From Hemiscyllium ocellatum (taxonomy: Eukaryota), in the NCBI RefSeq assembly GCF_020745735.1, contig NC_083410.1, forward strand, positions 4,686,117-4,750,116: 64,000 bases of DNA, written 5' to 3'. Under the pieces are notes generated by a model that searched no databases, was not told the DNA's origin, and saw only the letters and a list, made by a program, of their open reading frames with translations. Both the position numbers and the translations under genes were made by a program. This document shows positions 12,196 through 25,290 of this stretch, one piece after another. The stretch's first letter is position 1. The number at the start of each line of letters is the position of its first letter.

Positions 12196-13972
12196 CACCC
12201 ACAGGGATTGAGTCATTTGCTGATGAATTATTTTCACTGTCCAACTTGTGAACCCTTGCACACCAGAACTTGTTGTACCCATAGCCAAGCTGTTCCAGTA
12301 CAGCTACAACCCTGGCATCGACACTGATCCCGTGTCGATTTCAACAACTCCTCAACTTACCTTCCCCTACTTTATCACAGATACAACCCTCCAACTCAGC
12401 ATGGCCCTCTTGAAATGCCCTACCTGTCTATCTTCCTTCCCATCAATCTGCTCCACCCTCCATTCCAACCTATCACCATCACCCAACCACCCTCATCAAC
12501 CTTTCGCAATCCCAGCTCCCTTCACCCTAGCCCCATCACCTTGCCATTTATCTCTCAGCCCCTTTGGCTCCCACCAACCTCCGCACCCCCCCCCGACCCC
12601 CATTCCTGTTGTAGAGGTTATGCTCAAAACGTTGACTAGCCTGCTCTTTGGATGCTGCCTGACCTGCTGTGCTTTTCCTGCACACTTTTTGAGCTGATCT
12701 CCAGCATCTGCCGTCCTCACTTTCTCCCAAAGCTTGTCCACTACCTACAAGGTACACAACAGGAAAGTGATAGAATGTTCCCCACTTGCCTGGATGGGTA
12801 CAACAATACTCAAGATGTTTGATGTCATCCAGGAGAAAGCAGCCCACTTACGGTCATAGGGTTATACAGCATGGAAACACATACCCAGTCTAACAGTCCA
12901 CGCCGACAATAATTCCAATCTAAACTAGTCCCACCCCTCTGCACTTCACCCAGGTCCCTCAAAACATTACTTATTCATGTACTTATCCAACTGTCTTTTA
13001 AACATTGCAATTGTACCTGCATCTATCATTTCCACTGGAAGTTCATTCCACACATGAAGCACTGTGTAAAAAACAAGTTGGTCCTCATGTTGCTTTTAAA
13101 TATTTCACTCCTCACCTTAACGATTTGTCCGATAGTCTTGAAATCCCCCCCCTCTACAGAAAAGAGATCTCTCATTCACCTTACCTATAACTCTCATTGT
13201 TTATAAACCTCTACAAGGTCATCCATCGATCTCTCTCGATTATCACCACATCCAGAAGCATCCACTCCCTCAGCCACTGACACTCAGCAGCAGCAGTGTG
13301 TATTATCTACAAGATGCACTGCAGAACTTCAACAAAGGTCCTCAGACTGCACCTTCCAACCTCACGACCACTTCCACCTAGAAGGTCAAGCACAGCAGTC
13401 ACATGGGAACACTAATCACCATCCGGACTTGGAACTGAATTGCGTACTTTCAGCGTGACTGAGTCAAAATCCTGGAATTCCCTCCCTAAGGATATTGTGG
13501 GTCCACCTTCACCATTTGGACTGCAGTGGTTCAAGAAGGCAGCTCACCCCCAATTTCTCAATGGGGCAAGGGACAAACAACAAATGCTGGCTCAGCCAGT
13601 GACACCCATGTCCCAGAAACAAATGAGCAGATTCCAGGATATTTATTTGAATATCCATTTCATCTGTTGTTGGATTTGAAGATTCTGGGAAGTTTAAAGG
13701 GGAATTATCTGCAAGTATCTTCAGGTAGAGCTGTGGCCAACATTTCTTGTTCAGTGAAGATTTTATTGATTAATTATTGCAATGTAGATTCGATATTATC
13801 ACAGGGAATCAGCTATCTCCAAATACCCTGCTCCCTATTGCTTTAAATGATTGTAATGCTGAATTCATTATTTAAAAAAAGATTTTGAAGCAATTATTAG
13901 AAAGTTGTGGCCTCATATTTCACTCTTCAGCCACCCAACAATGAAATCAGAGTGTGTGTGGCAACACTTCCA

Positions 13973-14002
13973 CCAATCAGAATCCACATTCAACCCAATT
14001 AG
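13973..14002 (+). promoter_or_regulatory. Paired CCAAT (NF-Y-like) boxes upstream of gene B leader
   Basis: CCAATCAG and CCAATTAG 170-200 bp before the ATG; equivalent motifs at about 8403-8431 and 56589-56617. Confidence 0.45.
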
Positions 14003-14170
14003 CAGTCTCCTCTCATACAGCATTAATGTTAATTTCCCCTTGGGCTGCTATTTCTGTGAAGGATCCTGATGGGAGAAATCTGTGACAAATCTCAGTCTTC
14101 ATGGTTCCTGTAGGAGACAAGGTTATGTTGCGGGATAGTTCCTATCAGAGAGACAGTTCAAGTCAGGGAT

Positions 14171-14217
14171 ATGAATGGACACAACGTGGACACCACTTTG
14201 CTGCTAGTACTGTGCCT
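14171..14217 (+). CDS. Gene B leader exon 1 (MNGHNVDTTLLLVLC-L)
   Basis: ATG plus hydrophobic stretch, phase-2 donor gtaatg, conserved in three copies; joins in frame to phase-2 exon 27518. Confidence 0.7.
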
Positions 14218-16779
14218 GTAATGCTGAAATTATTCACTGTGGAGCTCAACCTCACACCTCAGCAGCTCACTTGCATCCGGAGAGATGGAGAGAAACAGGA
14301 AGCATGGCCTCACTGTTGAGCTGGAACGTGTCAATATATTTCCAGCAAATTTCTTCATTGTTGTCCAGCCCACTTCCTCCTTCCTCTATCTGTGCTGTAC
14401 TTTAAGCAAAAACCTCAAGCCATTCCATGTTGCAGAGATGCTGCAATGCAAGTCTGAGAAAGGACAGCAATTGAAAAAACACTTTTATTAGAAATGTTTT
14501 TCCTGAAATTCTTCATCTTACCTTTAATGCTCTCTGTCACAGTGGGTAAGTAAATGCTTGGAATTGTTTCCATAGAGTTCTTGTTTGAGTTTCATTTTTG
14601 GATTGTGTGCTGGTGTTTGAGTCGGTATTTTGTAATTCATAATTTCCGACTTAAGGTGAAATTGGGCGTTCTCATAATGCAATGGGAACATACAGTGTGA
14701 GATGTGACACTGAATAATGCTGTCCAGTTGTCCCACTATCGGACTCCCGTGTCTGTCAACTCTGCACAAAGATTCTGACTGAAGCACTGAACCTCTAAAA
14801 ATGACCACATTACGGTCAAGTAAATGAACATTCAATATCTGTCCATCAAATAGACTCCTCAATACACAATGCGACTCTGTGATACTCTTGTGAGTCTCCT
14901 TCTTTCACTAATACGGGGGTTGGTGGGGGGAATGTCTTGAAGCAATTGTTAGAAACTGGGGAATTGTCTTAATAATCCAAAAGAGATGTTTCAGAAGGCA
15001 CTAGGACTTTTACCCAGCCAGTGTGCCCTTCTGAGCGCCTCTGAATAGTCAAACGAACAAGATGTAAACCTGAATTGCTCTGACCAAATCCCTCAATTGC
15101 CAACATATCTTTCCTTAAGTACATTGCTGAAACTGTTCATAATGTTCCAAATGCAGTCTGACCAGTGCCTTATGCAGCCTCAACACTACACCCCTGCTCT
15201 TGTATTCCAGCCCTCTTGAAATGAACGCCAACACTGCATTTGCCTTCCTAACCGTAAACTGAACCTGGATGTTAACCTTGAGAGAATCCTGAACTCGGAT
15301 TATGAAAATCGCTTTCAGCTTTAGATTTCTGAAGCCTTTCCCTGCTTAAAAGTAGTCTATGCATATAGCTTTGTGCCATCTGCAACTTTAGCAGCATTGC
15401 CCTCAGTTACGATGACCATATCAATAATGTATAACATGACCAACTCTAGACCCCACACTGACACCAATATAACTCCATTACTCACTGGTTAACATCTTTT
15501 ACCTTTACTCTCTGCCTTCTGCCAGCCAACCAATCCCTCTCCATGCCAATACCTTGTTCCTAACACTATGGGTTATGACATTATTTGGCAGCCTCTGGTG
15601 TTGCACCTTCTCAAAGACCTTGTCAAAATTAAAGCAGATCATGCAGAGGTATGAGGGGAGAGGGATAGGTCTCATTGGCAGGTCTGTGCATTCCACGGTA
15701 GGGTCATTGGGTTAGACTGAGGGTACTGGATACTGGATATTTGTGATAGGAGGTAGTGAAATGTGGATGAATTGAATTTTAGGGCTGTGGTAGCAAATGG
15801 TTTCAGGGGGTAGGGAGTTATTGAATGCTCCAGAAACAGGAGCTTGGACAATGGGTGGAGGGAGCTATGTGGATCAGGGCCAGGATGGGAACGAGTGTAG
15901 GCTCAAGGGAGAAGAGCAGAATCAGAGAATTGTTACAGCACAGAAGAAGCCATCCTGCCCATTGTGTCTGTACCAGCTCTTCAAACGATCATCGTTACCT
16001 CGTGCCAATCTCCTCTGTTTTCCCTGTATCCCTGGAGACCATTTCAGTCTAGCCTGATCATGATTTTGAAAATCTAAATCAGATTTCCTCTCAGGCGCTT
16101 TGTCTCCAGACAGAAAGTTCCGAACATCTTCAATCTCTCCTCATCCCTGAAGTTCCTCATCCCTCGAATCATTCTTGTCAATCACTTCCTGCACACTCCG
16201 AGGACCTGCCTGCTTTATTAACCTCACTCTCCGTCTGTCTGTACAAAGCAGGGAGCTGTTGTGGAACTTATACAAGACCCTTGTTCATTTCCAGCTGAAG
16301 TATTCTGTGCAGTTATAGGTCCCACACCACAGGAAGGATGTGACTGCTTTGGAGAGAGAGTGTAAAGGTGATTTCAGAAAATGGTTCGAAGGATGAGGAA
16401 ATTCAGCGATGAGGACAGATTGAAGACGTTGGGGCTGTTCTCTCTGGAGAGAAGGTGGATGAGAGGAAGTTACCGTGGATGCTGGAAATCAGAAACAGAA
16501 TTTGCTGGAAAAGCTCCACAGGTCTGGCAGCATTTGTAGAGATGAGTCAAAGCTGACATTTCAGCTCCAGTGACCTTTCCCCAGAAATTCTCATTTACAA
16601 CTTTGAGCTCAATACTGAGTTCAACTCCTACAGATTGTGAACCCATTCCTTCCCTTGTTACATTCTCAGTCAGCATGTCCTCTCCTAACCCTCCCCCCGC
16701 CGCCGCCCCCATCTCCATGGAGTTATGTTCTTCCTAAATGCCCCCTTCCAGAAGAAAGTGTATCTGTCACTGTGTTCCT

Positions 16780-17430
16780 GGAGCTGACCTTCTCCTGCCA
16801 GTGTCTCTCTCAGGGCAGGGAGCTCTGTGGCGGAGTGTACACACTGTTGTGTTTGTGCGTCGGTGGTGGAGTGGACAGTTGTGGACGTGATACCAGTCAA
16901 GAGGTTGCTTCATCCTGGATGGTAGCAAGTTTCTTTGGTGTTGTTGGAACTGCACCCATCCAGGCAAGTCATCCACCACACTCCTGACTGGGGGTTGCAG
17001 GTGGTGGACAGTCTTTGAGGAGTTAGGAGGTCAGTTACTTACTGCAGGATACCTAGGGTCTGACCTGCTCTCCCTGTGTTTTCATGATGAGTGCAGGTCA
17101 GTTTCGGGTCATCGATAACTCCTCGATATTGATAGTGGGGGATTGTGTCATGGCAATACCACTGAATGTTAAGGAACAGCAATGAGATCGCCTCTTAATC
17201 GAGATGGGGGTCACTGCCTGGCACATGTGTGATGCAGGTTTTACTTATCACACGTCAGCCCAAACCTGGATATTGTCCAGACCTTGCTGCATTTCAACAT
17301 GGACTGGTTCAGTGTCTGAGGAGTCACAAATGGTGCTGAACATTATGCAATCATTTCTGATCTATCGTTGGAGGAAAGGTCATTCATGGTTGCACCTTAG
17401 GGCTAGAGGGAGCTGCAGTGCTCCCGGCTG
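16780..17430 (-). mobile_element. Degenerate LINE fragment
   Basis: Reverse complement resembles the LINE pieces at 51260-52140 and 12750-12840. Confidence 0.55.
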
Positions 17431-20400
17431 AGCTCACCCTGCTCTTCGTTTGGAGATTCAGCCCATCCACAACATGAAACCATTTACTATTCCCCATCCT
17501 CAACTCCACCCTGGCCCCGAAGTGGATCCTCCCAATTGTTGCAGCCCTCAAGCCCCTCATTCCTGTGTCTCTCAGACGGTGCAGTACAGATGTAATGAGA
17601 GTCGATTCAGGAGTTTAAGGTCAAAGAATCCCAAGGAACCGGTGACCATGAGATGATAGAATTCACATGGCAGTTTGAAAAGGAGATAATTGAATCACAT
17701 GTAACAGGATTAAAACTGAGCAAAGATTAAGACAAAAACATGACGGAGGAGCTGGCCAGAGTTGACTGGAAGGGAGTCCAGCATGGAAGACAGCGGAGCA
17801 GCAATGGCAGGGGTTTCTGGGTGTAATTTGGGAGGCACAGCAGAAATTCATCCCGAGGAAGAAGGAACTTACTAAGGGAAGGATGAGGCAACCATGGCTG
17901 ACAAGGGAAGTCAGGGACACCATAAAAGCAAAAAGCCTAATCTCAAGGGGTTGGAATTTCCACTGAGTGGCAATCTCTCTCCAATTACCACTTCGTTTCA
18001 CAAAGACTTTCCCCCAAATCTCATAAATTAAGGTATTGGTGTCACTGAGCTGCAGCTTTCTGATTGTCAGATGGAGCTGTTACTGGTTACATATCTGGAA
18101 TCAGGACTCCTTCAGAAATGTAGAGCCGTATTTCTATTCTGACATTTTTTGTGGAGCACAGAATGTCACAGGAAGACAAACAGCTGTCAACTGCCACCTT
18201 CTGCAATTAAAAGGAAACATTCAATGTAATAAGAGGTCAAAATGTAAAGAATCACAGGCAGCCACTTTAGCAGTTGCTGTTAAAATTTAAGGATGTCAGG
18301 TAAGCGTGAGGGTTCAGTGCTGGGAGGGTAGGGAGCCAGACTGGTATAGGGACGGAGTAAATAGGATACCAGGGGTGAGTGCCAGCTCAGTAGGATACTA
18401 ACTAGGACAGGGTTAGGGTGACAGGTGCAAGTGTGCCAGATGGGAAAGGGTTCCAATGTGGAGTGCAGAAAGAGGGGAACAAGAGTTGAGACTGTAGTGC
18501 TAGAAAAGCAAAAGGTCAGGCAACATCCGAGGAGCAGGAGAATCAATGTTTCGGGCAGAGTCTGATCTCCAGTATCTGCAGTTCTCACTTTCTTCTCGAA
18601 GAGGGGAGCAAGTCAGGGAGTGGGGAGGGGATTTTTATTTAATTCATGGGATGAGAGCATTGGGCTAGCTTGGCCAGCACTAAATACCCAGTCAAATAAG
18701 GGCAGAGGGCAGTTTAGAGTCAACCTCATTGATGTGGGTCTGGAGTCACATGTATGCCAAGCCTGGTAAGGGTGGCTGTTTCTTTCCCTTAAGAATATTA
18801 ACGAATCAGAATTTGCTTTGCTCTGGATTTTAGATCTTTTGAACTGTTTTCTACATTTTGATAAAAAATTGAATTGATTTATTTTCATTTTTCTTTTATA
18901 TTGTGAGATAAATTCTTATTTGTTGTTGAAAAGACAATAAACAGGCTTGTGTGCCTTGATTCAGAGAATTACCAACAATTCAGCTAAAAGAAACACAATC
19001 TATTGGGCCTGATTTAATTTTGAGTTCTGTCTTATCAAGAGATGTCACCTGCTGGGATCATAACAGCATGGTGATGAAAGAATTCCCTGAACTTCTTTAT
19101 CTCTCCCTGTTACAAATAACTTCATGGATCTGTTTTCATGCTGGCAGAGCTATTTTGCTTCATCTTCAATGGCTCTCTGTCCTTTTTATAACATGATGGT
19201 TGCAACTGCCACAGAATTCCAATTGGACGGGAACAAAGGGCTGATACAAGTTCAGCCTAAATACACAATGAGTCCTTGCATCTGAATCAGACACCCTAGG
19301 GTCAAGTCCCACTCCAGGACCAATGGCCAAGGAAGATAAATTCACAATGAGGCCAAATGTGTTGATGATCATTAAGCTGTAAATCCCTCTGATACCCCAA
19401 TGGCAGGCAGGAAGAGTGGGAAATGTTAACTCGCTTTCTCTAAAAACAGATGCTGCCAGATCTGTAGAGTTTCTCCAGCACCATGTGCTTTCATTTCATA
19501 TATTTCATCAGACTCAAGCTGCCATAAGAGGATCTCAATATCACTGGATTCCAATGTTTCTCTCCCCAGATCACCTCCTTTCCAGTTTATTTCCTCTAAA
19601 ACAAAGTGCCATGCCAGTTTCTCAAATGCTGCACCTTCTTAGCTCTGTCAGGTAAATGCACCTTCAGTTTATTCACCAATTCAATCAACCTGGGATTGGA
19701 AAGTTCCTTGAAGACTATCAATGAAAATACTGCCAGCTGTAGGAAAGCTTTTGCCAGTTCCAGAGCCAAGACTTCAATGCAGAAGCAAACCTTATGCTTT
19801 CCTTCACTTGCTTTGTTCACTAATACCCCACACCCAAATCCTCACTGCTTCTCTTTCAAATCACTCCTGGCCAAGCCCCCTAACCTTATTCCTCTTCCCT
19901 GGTATAGCTCTAGAAATCATGACCCACTAATCCAGGAGGCATCACAAATGGTCACGATTTTAAGAAGCACGCAAATCTCACTTTTACCTCTTTTTTGGAA
20001 CCAGGTTCACAGAGAGCACTCAACAGGTGCCAGTACATCACAAGAATCACTACTCATTGCAGATGTATGGATGGCAGCTTACAAACCTTCAACATATCGC
20101 TCCACTGTTTAATATTCTAACCTCTTGCATACATCGCTAGATAGGCAAAGACAGAATAAACGTGGGTGTGATGAATGGAGGGAAAGACTATGGAAAGCAA
20201 TTGACTGGTCCCATTTCCCAGAGTTCTCTGAGATAATCCTTTTGGTTGGGGGGGGACATGCTGTTCCTTGATGTTCCCTCTCTAATGACTTTCACTGGTT
20301 TCAAGCAGATTCAGGGAGTCTGCCTCATACTCTGGATCCACTCACTGTGGGATCAATGTGATGGATGTCCCCTTGAGAGTCATCATGAAGACTCAATGAT

Positions 20401-22993
20401 TTTTCCTCAATTCACGAAAGTACATGGGTCATTATTCTAAGTTCATAATAATTTCTGCACACATATATTCTGTAATCTGTCCAATTTTACATGTACTTTT
20501 TCCTTGAAATCTGCGATAACGCATCTGCTATCACATTTTTATGACCTACAACATTTACAATATGTAAATTAGAAGTCTGTAATATAAGACTCCAATGAAA
20601 CAGTCTCACATTTTTGACTTTAAATCACTCCAAGAACGTTAGAGGATTGTGATCCATGTACACAACTGGCTCCAACACATTGTTCGTCACATAAACTTTA
20701 AAATGTTGTCAGGCAGTGCCAAACTCAATAATCCTCTTTCAGTGGTACATTGTCTTCTCTGTGAATGTCAAGTTTCTTTGAAAAGTATCTAACTGGCCAT
20801 TCAATTCCATCATCGACTTCCTGTAGCAGTACAGCTCCAACTCCTATATCGCTAGCATCAATTGCAACTTTGAAGGGTTTCAAAAAATTTGGTGTAGCTA
20901 AAACTGGTGCCGTGGTTAATACTGCTTTTAAATTGTCAAATGCCTGCTGGCATTGTTCCCGCCACCAAAAATTTATGTTCATTAGTAAATCTGTTAGCGG
21001 TGCCACCACACTGCTGTAGATCGGGACACACATCCGGTAGAATCCGCCTTGCCCAAAAATCAAAGCACCTCTTTCTTTGAGGATGGTTGTGGAAATTCCT
21101 CGATGGCTTTCATCTTCACATTCCTTGGGGTCAGCCTTCCATGACCCATGTTATGTCCCAAGAATGTCACTTCTGCCTTTGTGAATTCTGTCTTCTTTAA
21201 GTTTATTACCTGTTTTGCTTCTCATAATCATTCAAAAAGCTCTGCTTGTTGTACTACGTGATCTTTCCATGAACTCACTAATGATCACTACATCATCCAG
21301 CTAAACAGCAGTTTACTTTCATCCACCCATAACTCTGTTCATGAATCTTTGGAACGTGGCTGGTGTGTTCTTCATTTCAAAAGGCATCACTTTGAATTGA
21401 TATAGCCCATTTGAGGTGACAAACATGGAAACCTCTTTTGCTCTTTCTAATAAAGGTACCTGCCAATTTCCATGCAATACGTCAAATGTTGTGATGTAAC
21501 TGGCTTGTCCAATGTTCTCGTTACAGCCGTCCAATTGTGGGATTGGGTATGAGTCCAATTTTGTTACAGCATAGATTTTCTAATAGTCCACACAAAATCT
21601 TTGAGTCCAGTCAGGTTTGCAAACTAAGACAAGCGGCTATCTTTAATCCCTCTGATTCGGGTTTGATGCCATCTTTGTTCACTTCCTCCTAGACCTGTGT
21701 GGCTTTGAAAGGATTAAGTCTAAATCGGTGTAGTTTTATTGGAACAACATTCCCATCTTTCACCTCATGCCCAACTATAATAGTCCTCCCTATTTCTGCA
21801 TACGTCTTCATACTGCTGCAACAAACCTTTCAACTGGGCTCTTTGCTCCTGAGACAGATAGTTCACTAATCAATGCCACTCCTCAAAGACTTGCTCATTA
21901 TTTAACATATTTTGAGACACATCAAACTCCATGACATCTGGATTTGATTCCTCACTCTGTGTGGCAGTAACTAAAACCTGCTTCTCCAGTTTCCTGTCTA
22001 TTACCATAAAGTTTCAACATCTTTTACAACATATCCAATACAGATTTTTCCTCTCCGGCATCTTTATCACATAGTTTACCTGACTTAATATTTTCTCAAT
22101 TTGATGGGGACCACTAAACCTGGCTTTCAAGTTATCTCCTACCGCTGGTACACAACTAACATCTCATCACCATGGGAAAATGTCTGCGTTTTCAAGATTT
22201 TATTTGCCACCTGCTTCATTCTATGCTGCACCCTCTTCTGCTGCGGTTTAGTTCACTCTCTTACCTGATTTAATGTCTCCTTCACCTCAGACACATAATC
22301 CAAGTATGAGATCTCGGACTTCGGCCCTGTAATGTTTTCTTTAAATAATTTCAAAGGACCTCGCACTTCAGATCCAAATATTAACTCAAAGGGAGCAAAC
22401 TGAGTCAATTTGGGGCATCTCTAATGGCAAACAATACAAATGGGATACCTTTATCCCAATCATTTGAGTAATCCTGACAGTACATTCTCAACATGATCTT
22501 CAGGGTCTGATGCCATCTTTCCAAAGCTCCGTGGGATTCAGGATTGTACGCACGTGATTAAAAGTGCTGTATGCCTAAGCTAAGCATGATTTCATTAAAC
22601 AGCCAAGCAGTAAGATTCGACCCTTGGTCTGGCCTAATCGCTCTGTGTAGCCCACACCACATAAAGAAATATACTAACTCCTCTACCACCTTTTTCGCAT
22701 TTATATTCTGTAATGGAATTGCCTCCAGAAATCTGGTAGACACATCCATTATGGTTAGCAAGTACTGGTCCCAAATTTTAGTTTTCCAGAGGGGGCCTAC
22801 ACATTCAATCATAACCCACATGAAAAGTTCTTCAAATGCAGGAATTGGCAACAAAGGTGCTGGTTTTATTACTGCTTGTGAGTTGTCTACCATTTGGCAT
22901 GTATGACATGTTTGGCAAAATTTAACCATATTCTTGTACATTCCAGGCCTATAGAAATGCTTTCGTACCTTAGCAGCACCTTTCGTACCTTAG

Positions 22994-23303
22994 TGGGCGG
23001 CACGGTGGCACAGTGGTTGGCACTGCTGCCTCACAGCGCCTGAGACCCGGGTTCAATTCCCGACTCAGGCGACTGACTGTGTGGAGTTTGCACGCTCTCC
23101 CCGTGTGTGCGTGGGTTTCCTCCGGGTGCTCCGGTTTCCTCCCACAGTCCAAAGATGTGCGGGTCAGGTGAATTGGCCATGCTAAATTGCCCGTAGTGTT
23201 AGGTAAGGGGTAAATGTAGGGGTATGGGTGGTTGCGCTTCGGCGGGTCGGTGTGGACTTGTTGGGCCGAAGGGCCTGTTTCCACACTGTAAGTAATCTAA
23301 TCT
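22994..23303 (+). mobile_element. Full-length young HE1-type SINE inside Gypsy integrase
   Basis: GGGCGGCACGGTGGCACAGTGG head, B-box, V core, taatct tail; absent from the Gypsy copy at about 35750. Confidence 0.92.
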
Positions 23304-25064
23304 AGCCTGAGTCTTCCTCAGACCTCGGTGACCTCCTACTAATTTGTGTGCTTTCCAAATCACATCCTGTCTGTATGCTACCAGCAACACAATCTGGTGA
23401 ACTTCTACCCATCTCTCCTCTGTACCAACCTGCCATGATTTCCATTTTCATCTTAGGGTTTTATCTTTAAGATTAAAACCCTCAGGAATACATTCTGATT
23501 CCTTTTCTGAGTATGCATCAAAATATGTATATATATATAATCTTTTATTATTTCACCTTTCTGTTGTAAGCAAGTTAGCCTTTCAGAATTAATCCTTCTG
23601 CCTGACTCTCTGCCTGTCCAGGTTTTTCTTGCACCATTACATCAAACAGAGCGTGCACTAACTGAACCTTATCTACTTCATCTTTCTCTTTAGTTTTTGC
23701 TTCTTACTGTGGCTTATGATAGTGGGATCTTATTATTACACAGTCTAGGAAAATCCAGGGTATTTTTCTTTAAATTCCTCAGTTCCCTGGTCTTCCTTTC
23801 GCTTCTCCACAATTTGGGGCGTCACTCCCACCTTGAATCCTGCTAAATCGTTCCCAAGAACCAACTGTATTCCTGGAACTGACACTGTGTCAATCACTTC
23901 CACTGTTACTTCCCCACCCCAGCCTTGAGTTGGCTCTCCAGCCTGATCTTTCACAGGGGAATGCTAAATTTCTGCCCATCTATTCCACAAATTACCACAC
24001 TCTCAGATAACATGTCAGAAAGGGTGCAACTACGTTCATCTCTTATGATTAAAGAATGATTAGAGACTGATTAGATCTCCTATCTCTCAAAATTGTGACT
24101 TCTTGCCCTATTCCCCTAATCTTACTGAGTAAGCTTTACACAGAGGTGAAGTCTTTCGAGAGATAGGGTAATAACTCAATACCCAGCCCCTGCCAAGGCT
24201 GTGCACAGGCACTTGCAGCACCTCTGCTCTTCTACAGGTTTCCTTTACTATTTCCACTAATGCCACTGGTTTAGCCTCTTTTACCATATCTTTTCCCTCA
24301 GTGCCTTTCTTTAACCACCAGCACTGTGACTGTATGTGTCCCACTGCAGCACAATCAAAACACCTGAAGCCTTTCACCTCCCTATCATCCTCTTGGGCTT
24401 CATTTCTCACTTGTGGCAAACTATTATCAGCGTGCTCTAATCTCTGTTTTGTAATGTCAGATCTCCCCTTCTCCCAACTTCTATCCCTCACAGGATGAAA
24501 TTCTTGCCAGAAGCTTGCCTTATGCAGCAATGCGTATTCATTTGCAATCTCTGCCACTCTTCTCATTACCTGAACTTTCTGTTCATCCAAATGAATTCTT
24601 ATCATCTCTGGAAGTGAGTTTTTAAACTCCCCTGCAGGATAATCTCCCTTAGAGCCTCATGGGTCTTATCTATTTTTAAGAACTGCATCCATCTATCAAA
24701 ATGACTATGTTTAATTCTTTCGAACTTAACAAAGGACTGACCTGGTTCCTTCTTTATGTTTCTGAACCCTGGTCTATACACCTCTGGTATCAAATCACAA
24801 GCACTCAAAATAGCCTGTTTGGCATCTGCATAATTTCTTAACCCCTCATCTGACAGTACTGCATATACGTCACTAGCACTGCCAGCCAGCTTAGTCTGAA
24901 TGAGCATTACACAAATCTTCTCTGACCACTCCATCTCCCCAGTCAATTTTTCAAATGAAATAAAGAAGGTTTTGATCACTTTCTCATCAAAATGCGGCAA
25001 TATTTCAACATATTTGTATACATCACTACCTTCTCTCTTCATCTCCATCCTGTTAACTTTACTT

Positions 25065-25290
25065 TGGAGTAGAGTGGTGCTGGAGAAGCACAGCAGTTCA
25101 GGCAGCATCCAAGGAGCAGGAAAATCTAACGTTTCGGGTAAAAGCCCTTCATCAGGAATGAAGAGCTTTTGCCCAAAACATCGGATTTTCCTGCTCCTCG
25201 GATGCTGCCTGAACTGCTGTGCTTTTCCAGCACCACTCTACTCCAGAATCTGGTTTCCAGCATCTGCAGTCATTGTTTTTACTTTGTTAA
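25065..25290. repeat. Palindromic Penelope-derived insert with hammerhead-like cores
   Basis: About 90-bp inverted arms 25065-25245; minus strand CTGATGA-AGGGCTTTTACCC-GAAACGTT. Confidence 0.7.

Noticed and set aside
19416-19655. Identical-looking ORF MGNVNSLSLKTDAARS... also at 32338
   Set aside because: Lies in the duplicated intronic block over repeat fragments. It shows higher local identity but has no coding hallmarks.
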